Positions 45,896 to 57,262 of a stretch of 64,000 bases of DNA are shown one piece after another (within the stretch, counting starts at the first letter, position 1; the number at the start of each line of letters is the position of its first letter). Under the pieces are notes generated by a model. The model made no database searches, was not told the origin of the DNA, and was given only the letters and a program-made list of their open reading frames with translations. The DNA is taken from positions 64,001 through 128,000 of the IMG/VR virus record IMGVR_UViG_2706796257_000001; one strand, given 5' to 3'. Both the position numbers and the translations under genes were made by a program. The stretch is from a virus (lineage: Duplodnaviria > Caudoviricetes).

Positions 45896-47628
45896 TGGAT
45901 ATGATTAATAACAACGTCGAATGGTTTGTCGGCGTTGTAGAAGATAGAATGGACCCGTTAAAACAAGGACGAGTTCGTGTGAGAGTTATAGGTCTTCATC
46001 CATTCCAGAAAGTTCAAGGCCCTGTATCGGGAATGCCAACAGAAGACCTTCCATGGATGAGTGTTTTACAACCTATAACATCCGCATCTATGTCAGGAAT
46101 AGGCGGTTCTGTCACTGGACCCGTCGAAGGAACTCATGTTTATGGTCATTGGTTGGACAAATATCGTACTAATGGTTTAGTGATGGGCACATACGGAGTA
46201 AATGCCAGAGTTAGACCAAACACTACAGAGGGTTTCTCTGATCCAACTGGCCAATATCCGCGTTACTTAGGTAATGATACTAACCTTTTGAACCAAGGTG
46301 GCGAAGCTGGATTTGAGTCAATCCCTAACGTTATTCAAGATAATAACCTTGATACGGCTATTAATCCTGACGACACAGATTTATCAAATATTCCAGAAGA
46401 TAATAATCCAAATTATACTATAGAAGCTATGCTTCGCCGCGATGAAGGTCTTCGTTTGAAAGTATACTGGGACACTGAGGGATATCCGACTATCGGTATT
46501 GGGCATCTTATCATGAGACAAAGAGTCCGTGATATGGCACAAATTAATAAAGTGCTTTCAAATCAAGTTGGAAGAGAAGTTAAAGGAAATCCAGGTTCTA
46601 TAACAATGGATGAAGCATCCGCATTATTTGCTAAAGACCTAGCTGATATGCAAAGAGATATAAAAACCAACTCAAAAGTCGGTCCAGTTTATGTCAAAAT
46701 GAATAAATCGAGACAAATGGCTCTTGAAAATATGAGTTTTCAAATGGGCGTTGGTGGTGTAGCTAATTTCACTAATATGCTTAAAGCCATGGATGAAGGC
46801 CGTTGGAAAGATGCATATAACGAATCTCGAAACTCTTTATGGTTTCAGCAGACTAAAGGTCGAGCTTCTAGAGTATCTATGATTATTCTTACTGGTAATA
46901 TGGAATCGTATGGTGTTCCTGTTAATCCGGTTCAAGGAAAATCCGTTGGTGCTCAATTAGCTACTGTTAAAGCTTCAGTTAATCCAAGCGACCCTCCTAT
47001 ACCAAGTGACAGCAGAATTCTTTTTAAAGAGCCTGTATCATCATATAAAGGACAATACCCTTATGTCCATACAATGGAAACTGAATCTGGTCACATTCAA
47101 GAATTTGATGATACTCCGGGTTATGAAAGATATCGTCTTGTTCATCCAACAGGGACATACGAAGAAGTAGCTCCTGATGGAAGAAGAACTAGAAAAACAG
47201 TAAATGATTTATACGATATTGCTAATGGTGATGGAAATTATTTAGTTTCCGGTGATAAAAAGGTAAACGTTGGTGCAGATGAAACATACTATAACATGGC
47301 CAACAGATTACATCAAATTGACGGAAATAATATTTTGTTTATCCGTGGAGATGAAACAAAAACTGTCGAAGGAGATGGAACACTTTACGTTAAAGGAAAT
47401 ATAAAGATAGTCGTTGACGGAAATGCTGATATCTTGGTTAAAGGAGATGCTAAAACTCAGGTTGAAGGAAATCACGATTATACAGTAAACGGAAACGTAA
47501 AATGGACTGTAAATGGTAGTGTTAATATGACAGTTGCTGGGAATTGGTCAGAAACTATGAGCTCAATGTCTTCTATAGCTCAGGGCCAATATACTATTGA
47601 TGGCAGTCGTGTGGACATTGGTTTATAA
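45895..47628 (+). CDS. 5: Baseplate hub / tail lysozyme gp5
   Basis: WFVGVVEDRMDPL, MLRRDEGL lysozyme, V.G beta-helix repeats. Confidence 0.99.
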   Translation: MDMINNNVEWFVGVVEDRMDPLKQGRVRVRVIGLHPFQKVQGPVSGMPTEDLPWMSVLQPITSASMSGIGGSVTGPVEGTHVYGHWLDKYRTNGLVMGTYGVNARVRPNTTEGFSDPTGQYPRYLGNDTNLLNQGGEAGFESIPNVIQDNNLDTAINPDDTDLSNIPEDNNPNYTIEAMLRRDEGLRLKVYWDTEGYPTIGIGHLIMRQRVRDMAQINKVLSNQVGREVKGNPGSITMDEASALFAKDLADMQRDIKTNSKVGPVYVKMNKSRQMALENMSFQMGVGGVANFTNMLKAMDEGRWKDAYNESRNSLWFQQTKGRASRVSMIILTGNMESYGVPVNPVQGKSVGAQLATVKASVNPSDPPIPSDSRILFKEPVSSYKGQYPYVHTMETESGHIQEFDDTPGYERYRLVHPTGTYEEVAPDGRRTRKTVNDLYDIANGDGNYLVSGDKKVNVGADETYYNMANRLHQIDGNNILFIRGDETKTVEGDGTLYVKGNIKIVVDGNADILVKGDAKTQVEGNHDYTVNGNVKWTVNGSVNMTVAGNWSETMSSMSSIAQGQYTIDGSRVDIGL

Positions 47629-47631
47629 ATA
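47624..47631 (+). promoter_or_regulatory. Late promoter
   Basis: TATAAATA. Confidence 0.8.
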
Positions 47632-47657
47632 TTAATTATTGACTAACTGGAAATTAT

Positions 47658-48167
47658 ATGGCCCAGATACTTCCCGTTAATACATCCCTCGGCGATATTC
47701 AAGAAGGCGGGGCTGTTGATTTGACTTTCACTGCTCAGCTTGATGCTACTGATACATTAAAGTCAATAAATATAATAGATTATCAGCCAACTTCTGGTAT
47801 AATAGTTGAAGGTTCCAGATACTACGGAAATTATAATAGCGTATTTTCATTTGGAGCTGATGCATTAAAATATCGTGAAGGCGATGAATTAAAAACCGCA
47901 GCAACTTGGGAGGATTTACCTCCTCCCAAAACTGCAGATTTATATATGTGGAGAGCCCCTAGTTCACTCCAGAGAACTTTTACGTATACGGTTGAATGTA
48001 TATATGATTATCAGTCGGAAGAGTCTTCTGGCGGTTCTGGTGAATCAGGAGGCACAACTACTCCACCGGTCGAACGAAGAATAACAAAAACATATACTCA
48101 ATTAGTTTACGGAAATTGGAGTCGTTGGGGAAATAAACTTCGTGAATATGTGTATGCGGGGAACTAA
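47658..48167 (+). CDS. 5.1: gp5.1
   Basis: [17 protein letters not shown]...LR.YV. Confidence 0.88.
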   Translation: MAQILPVNTSLGDIQEGGAVDLTFTAQLDATDTLKSINIIDYQPTSGIIVEGSRYYGNYNSVFSFGADALKYREGDELKTAATWEDLPPPKTADLYMWRAPSSLQRTFTYTVECIYDYQSEESSGGSGESGGTTTPPVERRITKTYTQLVYGNWSRWGNKLREYVYAGN

Positions 48168-48460
48168 TGGCAGGTTTAAGTTTTAATCAATGTATAACAT
48201 CTGGTCATGATGCATTTCCTCCTACCGTAATTAATTCAACTCAGCCAAAAGTGTTTACTGGCGGGATTCCGGTATTAGTTGATGGAGACCAAATCACTCC
48301 TCATACACGCATCGTAAAACCATATGACACGCACGGTGGAGCAGTCCAGCCAAGAACATCTAAAGTTTATGTGACTGGAAAGAAAGCTGTTCAAATGGCT
48401 GACCCTATTTCATGCGGCGATACAGTCGCGCAATCTTCTTATAAGGTTTTCATAAAATAA
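48167..48460 (+). CDS. 5.4: PAAR spike tip gp5.4
   Basis: GH...[16 protein letters not shown]. Confidence 0.96.
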   Translation: MAGLSFNQCITSGHDAFPPTVINSTQPKVFTGGIPVLVDGDQITPHTRIVKPYDTHGGAVQPRTSKVYVTGKKAVQMADPISCGDTVAQSSYKVFIK

Positions 48461-50400
48461 TGGCAGACCCAATTAACTATCAATTAACGCGCACCGTAAA
48501 CGCTATTCCGGACATTTTTGTAGGAGGAACATTCGGTGAAATCAAGAGAGATTTACTTGATTGGCTTCGCGGGCAAAACGAGTTTCTAGATTATGATTTT
48601 GAAGGTTCTCGTTTAAACGTATTATTAGACCTTTTAGCTTATAATACACTTTACATTCAGCAATTTGGTAATAGCGCAGTCTACGAATCATTTATGAGAA
48701 CTGCAAACTTGAGAAGTTCCGTAGTTCAAGCTGCTCAGGACAATGGATATTTACCTTCTTCAAAGTCAGCGGCGCAAATTGAAATAATGCTTGAATGTAC
48801 TCATGCTTTAAATTGGAACACTATAAGTATTCCTCGTGGTACAAGATTTTTGGCGTACGCGTTAGAAACTTCTGTTAACCCATATTCATTTGTAACAACA
48901 GAAGAAGTCACAGCAGTTCGTGATGCTAATAATAAGTATTTTCCACGAATTAAATTAGTTCAAGGCCGAATTGTTCGTACTGAATTACGATATGATAAAA
49001 TGAAGCCTATCATTATTCGTGATTCCAATATTGACCGTAATGAAGTTAAATTATCGGTTAATGGAGTTGAATGGACTAACTGGACCCGCCGCTCTATGGT
49101 TCACGCAGGTTCTACATCTACAATTTATTATATGCGTGAAACTGTAGACGGGCATACTGAAATTTTCTTCGGAGAAGGTGAACAGAGTGTGTCAGTTGCG
49201 GGTGGGGCTCTTGAAGCCAATTATATTGGCGGATTAAAACCGGTACAAGACTCTACCATCGTTATAGAATATATTCGCACTGAAGGAGCTGCTGCAAATG
49301 GGGCGACAGAATTCAGTTATGCTGATACTTTAAATTATATAACAGTTCAAAGAATATATGAAAACCCTGATGACTCCAAAGATTATGTTGGAGCTGACGG
49401 CGGCGGCGACCATGAAGATATAGAACGTATCCGTGAACTTGGCACGATAAAGAGAGAAACTCAACAACGTTGCGTAACTGCAACCGACTATGACACCTTT
49501 GTTTCAGAGCGTTTTGGCTCTATCGTTCAAGCAGTCCAAACATTTACTGATATGTATAAACCTGGTTATGCATTTATTGCTATCAAGCCTAAATCCGGTT
49601 TGTACTTAACTTCAGTACAACGAGAAGATATTCAGAACTATTTGAAGCAATATAACTTAGCACCTATTACTCCATCTGTTATATCTCCGAACTATTTGTT
49701 TTTGAGACATAATATTAAAGTATCTTATGCGCTGAATAAATTACAAGAAACGGACCAATGGCTCAGAGGCAAAGTCTTAGACCAGATTGATAGATATTAT
49801 ATTGACGAAGTTGAAATTTTTAATGCGTCATTTGCTAAATCTAAGATGTTAACCTATATTGACGATGCAGACCATAGTATTATTGGTTCGTCTGCGACAA
49901 TTCAAATGGTTCGCGAAGTTCAAAACTTCTTTAAAACACCGGAATCTGGTATTAAATATTATAATCAAATGATTAACAGGTCATTAGAGTCAAACTCTTT
50001 CACTTTTCACGGTGAAGATTCTGATTATATGGTTAGAATAGTTGGTTCAGACCCCGACCAAAATGGAATTGGTAAAGTTATAATTGGCCCGTTTAAAGAC
50101 GGCGATGTTAAAGAAAACCAAGATATCCAGCCTTACATGGGAACTGATTTTAATAAGCTTAATGCAGAAAATCGTGATAAGTACTATGTAATTGGGGAAA
50201 TTAATTACCCAGGAGATATAACTTATTGGAATATTTCGGCAATAGACTTAACGTCTGAGCAATTTGAGGTTCAAACTATCGAGCTTTATTCTACACCAAA
50301 GGAAGATAACATTTTCACAAGAGATGGTTCATTAATAGTTTTTGAGAATGATTTGCGTCCTCAATACACAACCATTGAATTGGAGCCTATAGCACAATGA
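48460..50400 (+). CDS. 6: Baseplate wedge gp6
   Basis: FLDYDFEGSRLNVL.DLLAYNT. Confidence 0.99.
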   Translation: MADPINYQLTRTVNAIPDIFVGGTFGEIKRDLLDWLRGQNEFLDYDFEGSRLNVLLDLLAYNTLYIQQFGNSAVYESFMRTANLRSSVVQAAQDNGYLPSSKSAAQIEIMLECTHALNWNTISIPRGTRFLAYALETSVNPYSFVTTEEVTAVRDANNKYFPRIKLVQGRIVRTELRYDKMKPIIIRDSNIDRNEVKLSVNGVEWTNWTRRSMVHAGSTSTIYYMRETVDGHTEIFFGEGEQSVSVAGGALEANYIGGLKPVQDSTIVIEYIRTEGAAANGATEFSYADTLNYITVQRIYENPDDSKDYVGADGGGDHEDIERIRELGTIKRETQQRCVTATDYDTFVSERFGSIVQAVQTFTDMYKPGYAFIAIKPKSGLYLTSVQREDIQNYLKQYNLAPITPSVISPNYLFLRHNIKVSYALNKLQETDQWLRGKVLDQIDRYYIDEVEIFNASFAKSKMLTYIDDADHSIIGSSATIQMVREVQNFFKTPESGIKYYNQMINRSLESNSFTFHGEDSDYMVRIVGSDPDQNGIGKVIIGPFKDGDVKENQDIQPYMGTDFNKLNAENRDKYYVIGEINYPGDITYWNISAIDLTSEQFEVQTIELYSTPKEDNIFTRDGSLIVFENDLRPQYTTIELEPIAQ

Positions 50401-53400
50401 CAGTAAAAGCACCATCAGTAACGAGTCTCAGAATTGTTAAATTGTCAGCAAACCATGTTCATATTAAATGGGATGATGTTGGTGCTAACTTTTACTATTT
50501 TGTTGAACTCGCAAATACCCGCACATCAGAAGGGGTCTCTTTAGACCCCTCTAGATATCAATGGAGAAATCTAGGATACACGTCAGAAAACGAATTTTTC
50601 GAAAGTGGATTTATTCGACCGAACGATTATTATGTTATGCGTGTGTCAGTTGCAGCTCAAGGGTTTGAACGCTCTAATTGGGTACAAACTGAAGAATTTC
50701 AAACATTTTTAACAAACGCATATACGTTTCAGTCTATGCTCGAAATGACTTTGGCTAATAAATTCATCAGAGAAAAATTTACTAATAACAATCAAAGTTA
50801 TGTAGATTTCAACCGTGATACAGTTATGGCGGCTTTAATGGATGAGTCATTTCAATTTAGCCCTAATTATGAAATAGTATCGTCAATTTCTGACCATATA
50901 TTATTTGAAGAAGAATATCATGAAATACAAAGTAGCATTTCTGCGGTATGTAAAGACATAAACCGAGTAATGCTAATGGAATCTGAAGGAATTTTATATC
51001 TGTTTGAAAGATTTCAGCCTGTAGTAAAAGTTTCTAACAACAAAGGTCAAACTTGGCAAGCAGTTAAATTACTAAACGACCGTGTTGGTAATCCAGTTTC
51101 CCGTACTGTGTATTATCAAAGTGAATATACAACTTATTTACTGGGATACGATAGAATTTTTTATGGACGTAAAAGTAATGATATAAGATGGTCTTCAGAT
51201 GAAGTTCGTTTTTCTTCGCAGGACGTTACTTTCGCTAAAATTGGCGACCAACTTAAACTTGGATTTGATGTTGAAATATTTGGAACATATGTATCTTTGC
51301 CGGCAGACGTTTCCAGAATTGCTGAAGCTATAACAACTACTGATGATTTCATATATGTTGTAGCCAGAGATAAAGTTCGTTTTGCTAAAACGCGCAATGC
51401 GCCTATTGACCAAGACCCATTATCGCCTACATTCGGTGAAAAATTATTTGAGCCAGAAGTACTAACAATAACTGGTAATCCAAAAGCAGTGTGCTATAAA
51501 ATGGAAGCTGTTAATGGTAAAGTTTTTGCTCTTATTACTGGTGAAGTTAAAGAAGACAGGATGGACCCGACTGTTCCAGAAAACGTAATAGATTCTCAAT
51601 CAAAAGGAATTTACATTCTTCAGTCCGATAATACATTTAAGCGTGTATTTGGTAATACAGAAGAAGAACGGCGTCGGATAGAGCATGGTTATACTTCTAT
51701 GTCTACCAACGGAACAGAAGTATTCATTTCTTCTAGCAATTTTAAATTTTTAAATGACCAAATTGTGCAAGACCCAGACACAGCGTTAAAATATGATTTG
51801 TTAGGAGCCGTTAAATATGAATTTCCGCGCGAATGGCTTTCTGATAAGCATTATCATATGATGTCTTTTAGAGCTGACGAAAAATCTGGTTATGAACAAT
51901 TTGTTCCCGGCGCTATGAATTATTATGCTGAACCATTTTTTAGCTGGTCTAGAAAATCTGGTACTCGCTGCTGGATTAATAATTCTGATAGAATTGTGGT
52001 TGTTTATTCAAATATTACTCATACAAAAATAATTGACACGCATGGTTCCGGTTCTCCAGAACGAGTTTTACATGAATTCTGGGACAAAGGCACTTGTACT
52101 GTAACTGCTCCAAATGTTGAATTCAACGGATTTACTAAATACGCTTCTGGTATTCTCTTTTATAAATCTTCCGGTGAAATAATTTCATATTACGAATTCA
52201 ATTATCGTGTTCGAGATGAAACTAAAATAATTTGGAAACCGTCTGAAATATTCCTTAAAGCTTATTTGCAAAATCAGGAACGCGAAACAGAATGGAAGCC
52301 AGAAGAACGCGACGGAATACAAGACCCAGATTTAAGACCGCTGATTAGAACTATGATGCCTGACAGCTATTTGCTAGAGGACACAAATTTTGAAAAATTC
52401 TGTGACGCATATATTCAATACTTATCTGATGGATATGGAACTCAATATAACAATCTATTGAATTTGATAAGAAACCAATATCCACGAGAAAAAGACTCAT
52501 GGGAATATCTTTGGTCTGAAGTATACAAAAGAAACATTTATCTTAACAAAGATAAGCGGGATGCGGTATCAAGATTTTTCGAAGCTAGACGTTCAGATTT
52601 TTATTCAACAAAAGGTATTGAAGCTTCTTATAAGTTTTTGTTTAAACTCTTATATAACGAAGACGTTGAAATAGAAATAGAGTCTAACTCTGGAACCGAA
52701 TATGACATAGTTATTGAATCTGATTCTATTAATGAAGACTTAGTTGGTCAAACCATTTATACTCCAACTGGACGTTGTAATGTTACTTATATTGAAAGGT
52801 CTTATTCAAAAGGAAAACTTCAGTGGAATGTAACAATTCACAACTTATTAGGACGCTTAATTCAAGGCCAAGAAGTAAAGGCTGAACGCTATCCAGGCTT
52901 TAATGGAATGATAGTTAGAGGTGTTCGTGGTAAGGAATTAGTAGAAAATACTATTGATTACATCAACCGCAACCGTTCTTATTATGTTATGAAAATACGT
53001 TCAAATCTTCCAACATCAAGATATCGTAATGATGTGTTAAGATTTGTTCATCCCGTTGGATTTGGCTTTATTGGTATTACGCTATTGACTATGTTCATAA
53101 ACGTGGGTTTAACTATGAAACATGTCCAAACTATAATCAATAAATACAAAAACTACAAATGGGATGCTGGTATACCGACTTTTTATCCAGATCGAGTAGC
53201 ATCATTAGATTCAAGTGGAAATGTAGAAAAAGACCCAGTCACAGGTGAAGTAATTTATCTTCCTGGACCAATGTCTGGTATTGCATATCCTGTCCCGGCT
53301 GACTATGACTCTGAGAATGATAATTCTATTTTCCAAGGTCAAACTCCTACTGAGCGTCGGAAATCAATGAGTCCGTTATTCGATCAATCTGCCGTAACTT

Positions 53401-53498
53401 TTTCTCAATTCAGAGACTTAGTTGAGCAGCGTTTGATTGATAAAACAGGTCTGCCTCGCGAACCTAATAATCCAACACAGGTTAAAATAGATGAATGA
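50397..53498 (+). CDS. 7: Baseplate wedge initiator gp7
   Basis: MTVKAPSVTSLRI.KLSAN, FVHPVGFGF; 1033 aa. Confidence 0.99.
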   Translation: MTVKAPSVTSLRIVKLSANHVHIKWDDVGANFYYFVELANTRTSEGVSLDPSRYQWRNLGYTSENEFFESGFIRPNDYYVMRVSVAAQGFERSNWVQTEEFQTFLTNAYTFQSMLEMTLANKFIREKFTNNNQSYVDFNRDTVMAALMDESFQFSPNYEIVSSISDHILFEEEYHEIQSSISAVCKDINRVMLMESEGILYLFERFQPVVKVSNNKGQTWQAVKLLNDRVGNPVSRTVYYQSEYTTYLLGYDRIFYGRKSNDIRWSSDEVRFSSQDVTFAKIGDQLKLGFDVEIFGTYVSLPADVSRIAEAITTTDDFIYVVARDKVRFAKTRNAPIDQDPLSPTFGEKLFEPEVLTITGNPKAVCYKMEAVNGKVFALITGEVKEDRMDPTVPENVIDSQSKGIYILQSDNTFKRVFGNTEEERRRIEHGYTSMSTNGTEVFISSSNFKFLNDQIVQDPDTALKYDLLGAVKYEFPREWLSDKHYHMMSFRADEKSGYEQFVPGAMNYYAEPFFSWSRKSGTRCWINNSDRIVVVYSNITHTKIIDTHGSGSPERVLHEFWDKGTCTVTAPNVEFNGFTKYASGILFYKSSGEIISYYEFNYRVRDETKIIWKPSEIFLKAYLQNQERETEWKPEERDGIQDPDLRPLIRTMMPDSYLLEDTNFEKFCDAYIQYLSDGYGTQYNNLLNLIRNQYPREKDSWEYLWSEVYKRNIYLNKDKRDAVSRFFEARRSDFYSTKGIEASYKFLFKLLYNEDVEIEIESNSGTEYDIVIESDSINEDLVGQTIYTPTGRCNVTYIERSYSKGKLQWNVTIHNLLGRLIQGQEVKAERYPGFNGMIVRGVRGKELVENTIDYINRNRSYYVMKIRSNLPTSRYRNDVLRFVHPVGFGFIGITLLTMFINVGLTMKHVQTIINKYKNYKWDAGIPTFYPDRVASLDSSGNVEKDPVTGEVIYLPGPMSGIAYPVPADYDSENDNSIFQGQTPTERRKSMSPLFDQSAVTFSQFRDLVEQRLIDKTGLPREPNNPTQVKIDE

Positions 53499-54504
53499 TT
53501 CAAGCGTAATTTATCGTGCGATTGTTACTTCAAAGTTTCGCACTGAAAAAATGCAGAATTTTTATGATTCGATAGGAGATTCGGCAAATAAAAATTCACT
53601 TTATATAACTTTTGGTCGTTCTACTCCTTGGGCTGATAATGAGAATGAGGTGGGGTTTGCCCCACCTTATCCAGTTGACGATACTCAGGGCGTAGTTGAT
53701 ATGTGGACTAACATGATGGGTTCTGTAAAAGTTATGCCATCAATGTTAGACGCTATTGTTCCAAGAAAAGATTGGGGTGATATAAGATATCCAAACCCAC
53801 GTAACTTTCAAATTGGAGAAATTGTTGTAGTTAATAGTGCTCCATATAATGCAACTGAGGTTGGTGCTGGTTGGTTAGTTTATCGTGTGCTTGATATTCC
53901 AGATTCTGGAACTTGTTCTATACAAGATATAAACAACAAAGATGAGTGTATTAAATTAGGTGGTAAATGGACCTCTTCTATACCAAGCGCTAATCCTCCT
54001 CGTGGAAGAGGTGATGCAGAAAAAGGGACTTTAACTATAGACACAAACGATGGATATTTATGGGAGTATTTGTATGAAATTCCGCCAGATGTGTCAATTA
54101 ACAGATGTACAAATGAATATATTGTCGTTCCTTGGCCCGATGAAATAGCTGAAGACCCAATCAGATGGGGATTGCAGAATAATCTTTCTTGGCAACAAGA
54201 TGATTATGGGTTGATTTATAGAGTAAAAGCTTACACTATGAGATTTAAAGCGTACTTTGACTCAGTTTATTTTCCCGAGGCCGCTCTTCCCGGCAATGAT
54301 GGTTTTAGGCAGATTTCAGTTATAGTCAATCCGCTTGAAAAGAAAGATAAACCTAATGACCCTAATGTTAAGGCTGAAGATTTGTACTACAAGCCTCATG
54401 ATTTGGAACGTCATTCAGGCGAGATGATTTACATGGAAAATAGAGCTCCTATTATTATGGCAATGGACCAAACTGAAGAAATAAATATCATTTTTGAATT
54501 CTAG
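53491..54504 (+). CDS. 8: Baseplate wedge gp8
   Basis: MNDSSVIYRAIVTSKFRTEKM. Confidence 0.99.
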   Translation: MNDSSVIYRAIVTSKFRTEKMQNFYDSIGDSANKNSLYITFGRSTPWADNENEVGFAPPYPVDDTQGVVDMWTNMMGSVKVMPSMLDAIVPRKDWGDIRYPNPRNFQIGEIVVVNSAPYNATEVGAGWLVYRVLDIPDSGTCSIQDINNKDECIKLGGKWTSSIPSANPPRGRGDAEKGTLTIDTNDGYLWEYLYEIPPDVSINRCTNEYIVVPWPDEIAEDPIRWGLQNNLSWQQDDYGLIYRVKAYTMRFKAYFDSVYFPEAALPGNDGFRQISVIVNPLEKKDKPNDPNVKAEDLYYKPHDLERHSGEMIYMENRAPIIMAMDQTEEINIIFEF

Positions 54505-54505
54505 C

Positions 54506-54532
54506 AGGGACTCCTTCGGGAGTCCCTTTTTT
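54506..54532 (+). terminator. Rho-independent terminator
   Basis: AGGGACTCC-TTCG-GGAGTCCCT-TTTTT. Confidence 0.95.
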
Positions 54533-54542
54533 ATTGCATAAA

Positions 54543-54550
54543 TATAAATA
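54543..54550 (+). promoter_or_regulatory. Late promoter for 9
   Basis: TATAAATA. Confidence 0.85.
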
Positions 54551-54584
54551 TAAAGAATAGACGGATATCACTTGAGGAATAGAT

Positions 54585-55457
54585 ATGTATAATCAAGAAC
54601 CAAAACAATTAATCGACGTCGGTGAAATCGGTAACGCCTCTACTGGTGATATCTTATTCGACGGCGGTTTAAAACTTAATTCTAATATGAACGCAATTTA
54701 TAATTCGTTCGGTGACCAACGCAAAATGTCTTTAGATAGCGGGCAAGGAACTACTGGTCAAGTTATCCATGCCACAGGTTATTACCAAAAATCAGAAAAT
54801 CCGGCGGTAGATTTTCAAACTCCGGTGCAAAATGGCTCTATGCATGACATTGATACATCAGCTGGTCCAGTCGTTGTTAGATTAGACCAAGGTGTCCGTG
54901 GAGAAGGTGTGTTTTTTATTAACTCAAGCGGCTCTATTTCAGTCCAGAACCCACTGACAATAGAACCTAAAGACAATTTTGTCGGCATCTCTGGACCGCT
55001 TGTAGTGACTTCTCCATTTAGTGAAATTAAAGTATGGTGTATTTCTGATGACGGCGGACGGTCAGTATGGAACTATTCAATCAGAAACATGTTTGGGGAT
55101 TATCATGACCCGGTCCAAGGAACTTGGCAAATACCAGTTGCGGGGGTAGTTGATTTTCCTCTTTTTCATAAAAATGAATATATAGCTTCAAAACTTTTAG
55201 TTACTTCTAGGTCTAATGACGGTAAAAGAATAAAGTCTTCCGAAATAAATATATTAATAGATGTAGTAACTAATACAGTGATATCTACTGAATACGCTGT
55301 TATGCGAGTAGGAGCGTTAACAGAAGAGGATGATATCGTAACTTATTCTTTTAGTATAAGCGGAACAGGAATGATAACGATGACTGCTAACGGCGCATCA
55401 GGATTAAGAGTAGCTGTTAAATCTATCACAACTCAGAAAATCGGGGCAGCACAATGA
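54585..55457 (+). CDS. 9: Baseplate tail-fibre socket gp9
   Basis: QEPK.LID.GEIGNASTGDILFDGG. Confidence 0.98.
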   Translation: MYNQEPKQLIDVGEIGNASTGDILFDGGLKLNSNMNAIYNSFGDQRKMSLDSGQGTTGQVIHATGYYQKSENPAVDFQTPVQNGSMHDIDTSAGPVVVRLDQGVRGEGVFFINSSGSISVQNPLTIEPKDNFVGISGPLVVTSPFSEIKVWCISDDGGRSVWNYSIRNMFGDYHDPVQGTWQIPVAGVVDFPLFHKNEYIASKLLVTSRSNDGKRIKSSEINILIDVVTNTVISTEYAVMRVGALTEEDDIVTYSFSISGTGMITMTANGASGLRVAVKSITTQKIGAAQ

Positions 55458-57262
55458 AACAAGATTTAAAAATTGGAGCTGTGGTTGATGACGGCTCTGG
55501 AGACTACCTGCGTAAAGGTGGCGAAAAAATTAATAATAACTTCAATGAGTTGTATTATCAACTAGGCGATGGTGATTTCCCGCATGCAGCAGGCGCGTGG
55601 AAAACTTTCAAATCAGCTGATAACTCAATTCTGACAGCCGACTTTGGGCGTTCTTATGTTTTAGATACAACCGCTGGCAGAATGACGTTTGAATTACCAA
55701 AGGGAAATACTCCAGATTATAACCATGTTATTCGAGTTAGAGATGTATTTGGTACTTGGCAGACAAATCCGGTTACCATTACTCCAGCGGCGGGAGATAC
55801 TCTGAAGGGTAATCCAAACCCAATCGAATTTAATGTTCCACTGACTGATTTGGAACTTGTTTATTGCCCTCCTGGACGCTGGGAATATGTAGAAAATAAA
55901 CAAATTAACAAAATCAGTAATTCAGATTTAGCTTCTGTAATTCGTAAAGAATTTTTAGTAGAAACTCAAGACCAAGTTGATTTTTTAGACGTTTTTGACG
56001 GGTACGATTATAATAAAGCTAATACCCAGGTCTATCATCGTGGTAACATTCTTTATTATGGAAAAGAATTTAGCGAAAATAGTGATTACGGCTCTCCTGG
56101 AGCTACACCCGATGAAGTAGTTGCTTTAAATGGTAAAGATATTCGTTTACGTCAAAAATGCAATATTGGTGATACAGTAATAGTTGTTTCTTACGTTGAT
56201 GGTATTAGTCAATGGCGTAGTTCTTATAATAAACGCCAAATTATGTTACTGGATTCTTCTAAAACAAATCAAGCTTCAGTTCCCGGTTCAACATTCGTAG
56301 GCGATTTGAAAAATACTAATACATTCACCGTAGAAATGTTTGGATTGACTTTACATGACCCGATAAATCCAAATTCATTGGAAGTTGAATTTAACGGCAT
56401 AAGTCAAGTATTAGTGGGAACAACCGGTTTGCCTGAAGTCTATTGTCAAGGAGCTGACGCAGATACTTATGAGTCTTGTGTTGCTCTTGGAGGAACTTGG
56501 GTGTCATCTAATATGGATTATTCAATCAATTTTGATTCTGATAATCGTATTATTTCTATTACAACCGATAGAGAAATGGAACACGGCGATATTATTACCA
56601 TAAAGTGGTACAATAATAATATCGGAACAACTACTAGTATGGAAGATATTATTCAAGAGACTGATTCTCTTTATATATCTCAAGGTGGTCCAATTCATTT
56701 AACTGGTCAAGTTTCAATAACCGATTATAATAATCCTCGTATTCCGAATACTGAACCAGTAGCTCCATCTGATGTTTTGGTTACAAGTCCGTATGCTTTA
56801 TTTGATTTAATTTATCCAGTTGGAACTATCTACGAAAACGCTGTTAATCCAAATAATCCAGCTACTTATATGGGTATTGGTCGATGGGTATTGTGGGGTC
56901 AAGGATTAGTTACTGTTGGTTGGAATTCAGATGTAAATGACCCAAGATTTGCTATGAATAACAACGATTTAGATATTTCTGGACAGCCATCTCACACTGC
57001 TGGTGGAACTACTGGAGAAATTTCTGTTAGCATATCAAATGAAAACCTTCCTACAACTAAAACCGACGAAAAAGTATTAATAGCAGACAACGACGGTCCA
57101 ATTGTCGTAGGTGGTTGTCAAATTGACCCAGACGATACAGGTCCAGTTTATACTAAATACCGCGAAGACCACGCGAAGACTAATGAAAGTCATGTCAATG
57201 TTAAATCACTTGACAATGTTCAACCGTCAATTACCGTATATCGCTGGTTAAGGATTGCATAA
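55454..57262 (+). CDS. 10: Baseplate wedge/pin gp10
   Basis: VVDDGSGDYLRKGG.KIN.NF, QP.ITVYRW.RIA. Confidence 0.98.
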   Translation: MKQDLKIGAVVDDGSGDYLRKGGEKINNNFNELYYQLGDGDFPHAAGAWKTFKSADNSILTADFGRSYVLDTTAGRMTFELPKGNTPDYNHVIRVRDVFGTWQTNPVTITPAAGDTLKGNPNPIEFNVPLTDLELVYCPPGRWEYVENKQINKISNSDLASVIRKEFLVETQDQVDFLDVFDGYDYNKANTQVYHRGNILYYGKEFSENSDYGSPGATPDEVVALNGKDIRLRQKCNIGDTVIVVSYVDGISQWRSSYNKRQIMLLDSSKTNQASVPGSTFVGDLKNTNTFTVEMFGLTLHDPINPNSLEVEFNGISQVLVGTTGLPEVYCQGADADTYESCVALGGTWVSSNMDYSINFDSDNRIISITTDREMEHGDIITIKWYNNNIGTTTSMEDIIQETDSLYISQGGPIHLTGQVSITDYNNPRIPNTEPVAPSDVLVTSPYALFDLIYPVGTIYENAVNPNNPATYMGIGRWVLWGQGLVTVGWNSDVNDPRFAMNNNDLDISGQPSHTAGGTTGEISVSISNENLPTTKTDEKVLIADNDGPIVVGGCQIDPDDTGPVYTKYREDHAKTNESHVNVKSLDNVQPSITVYRWLRIA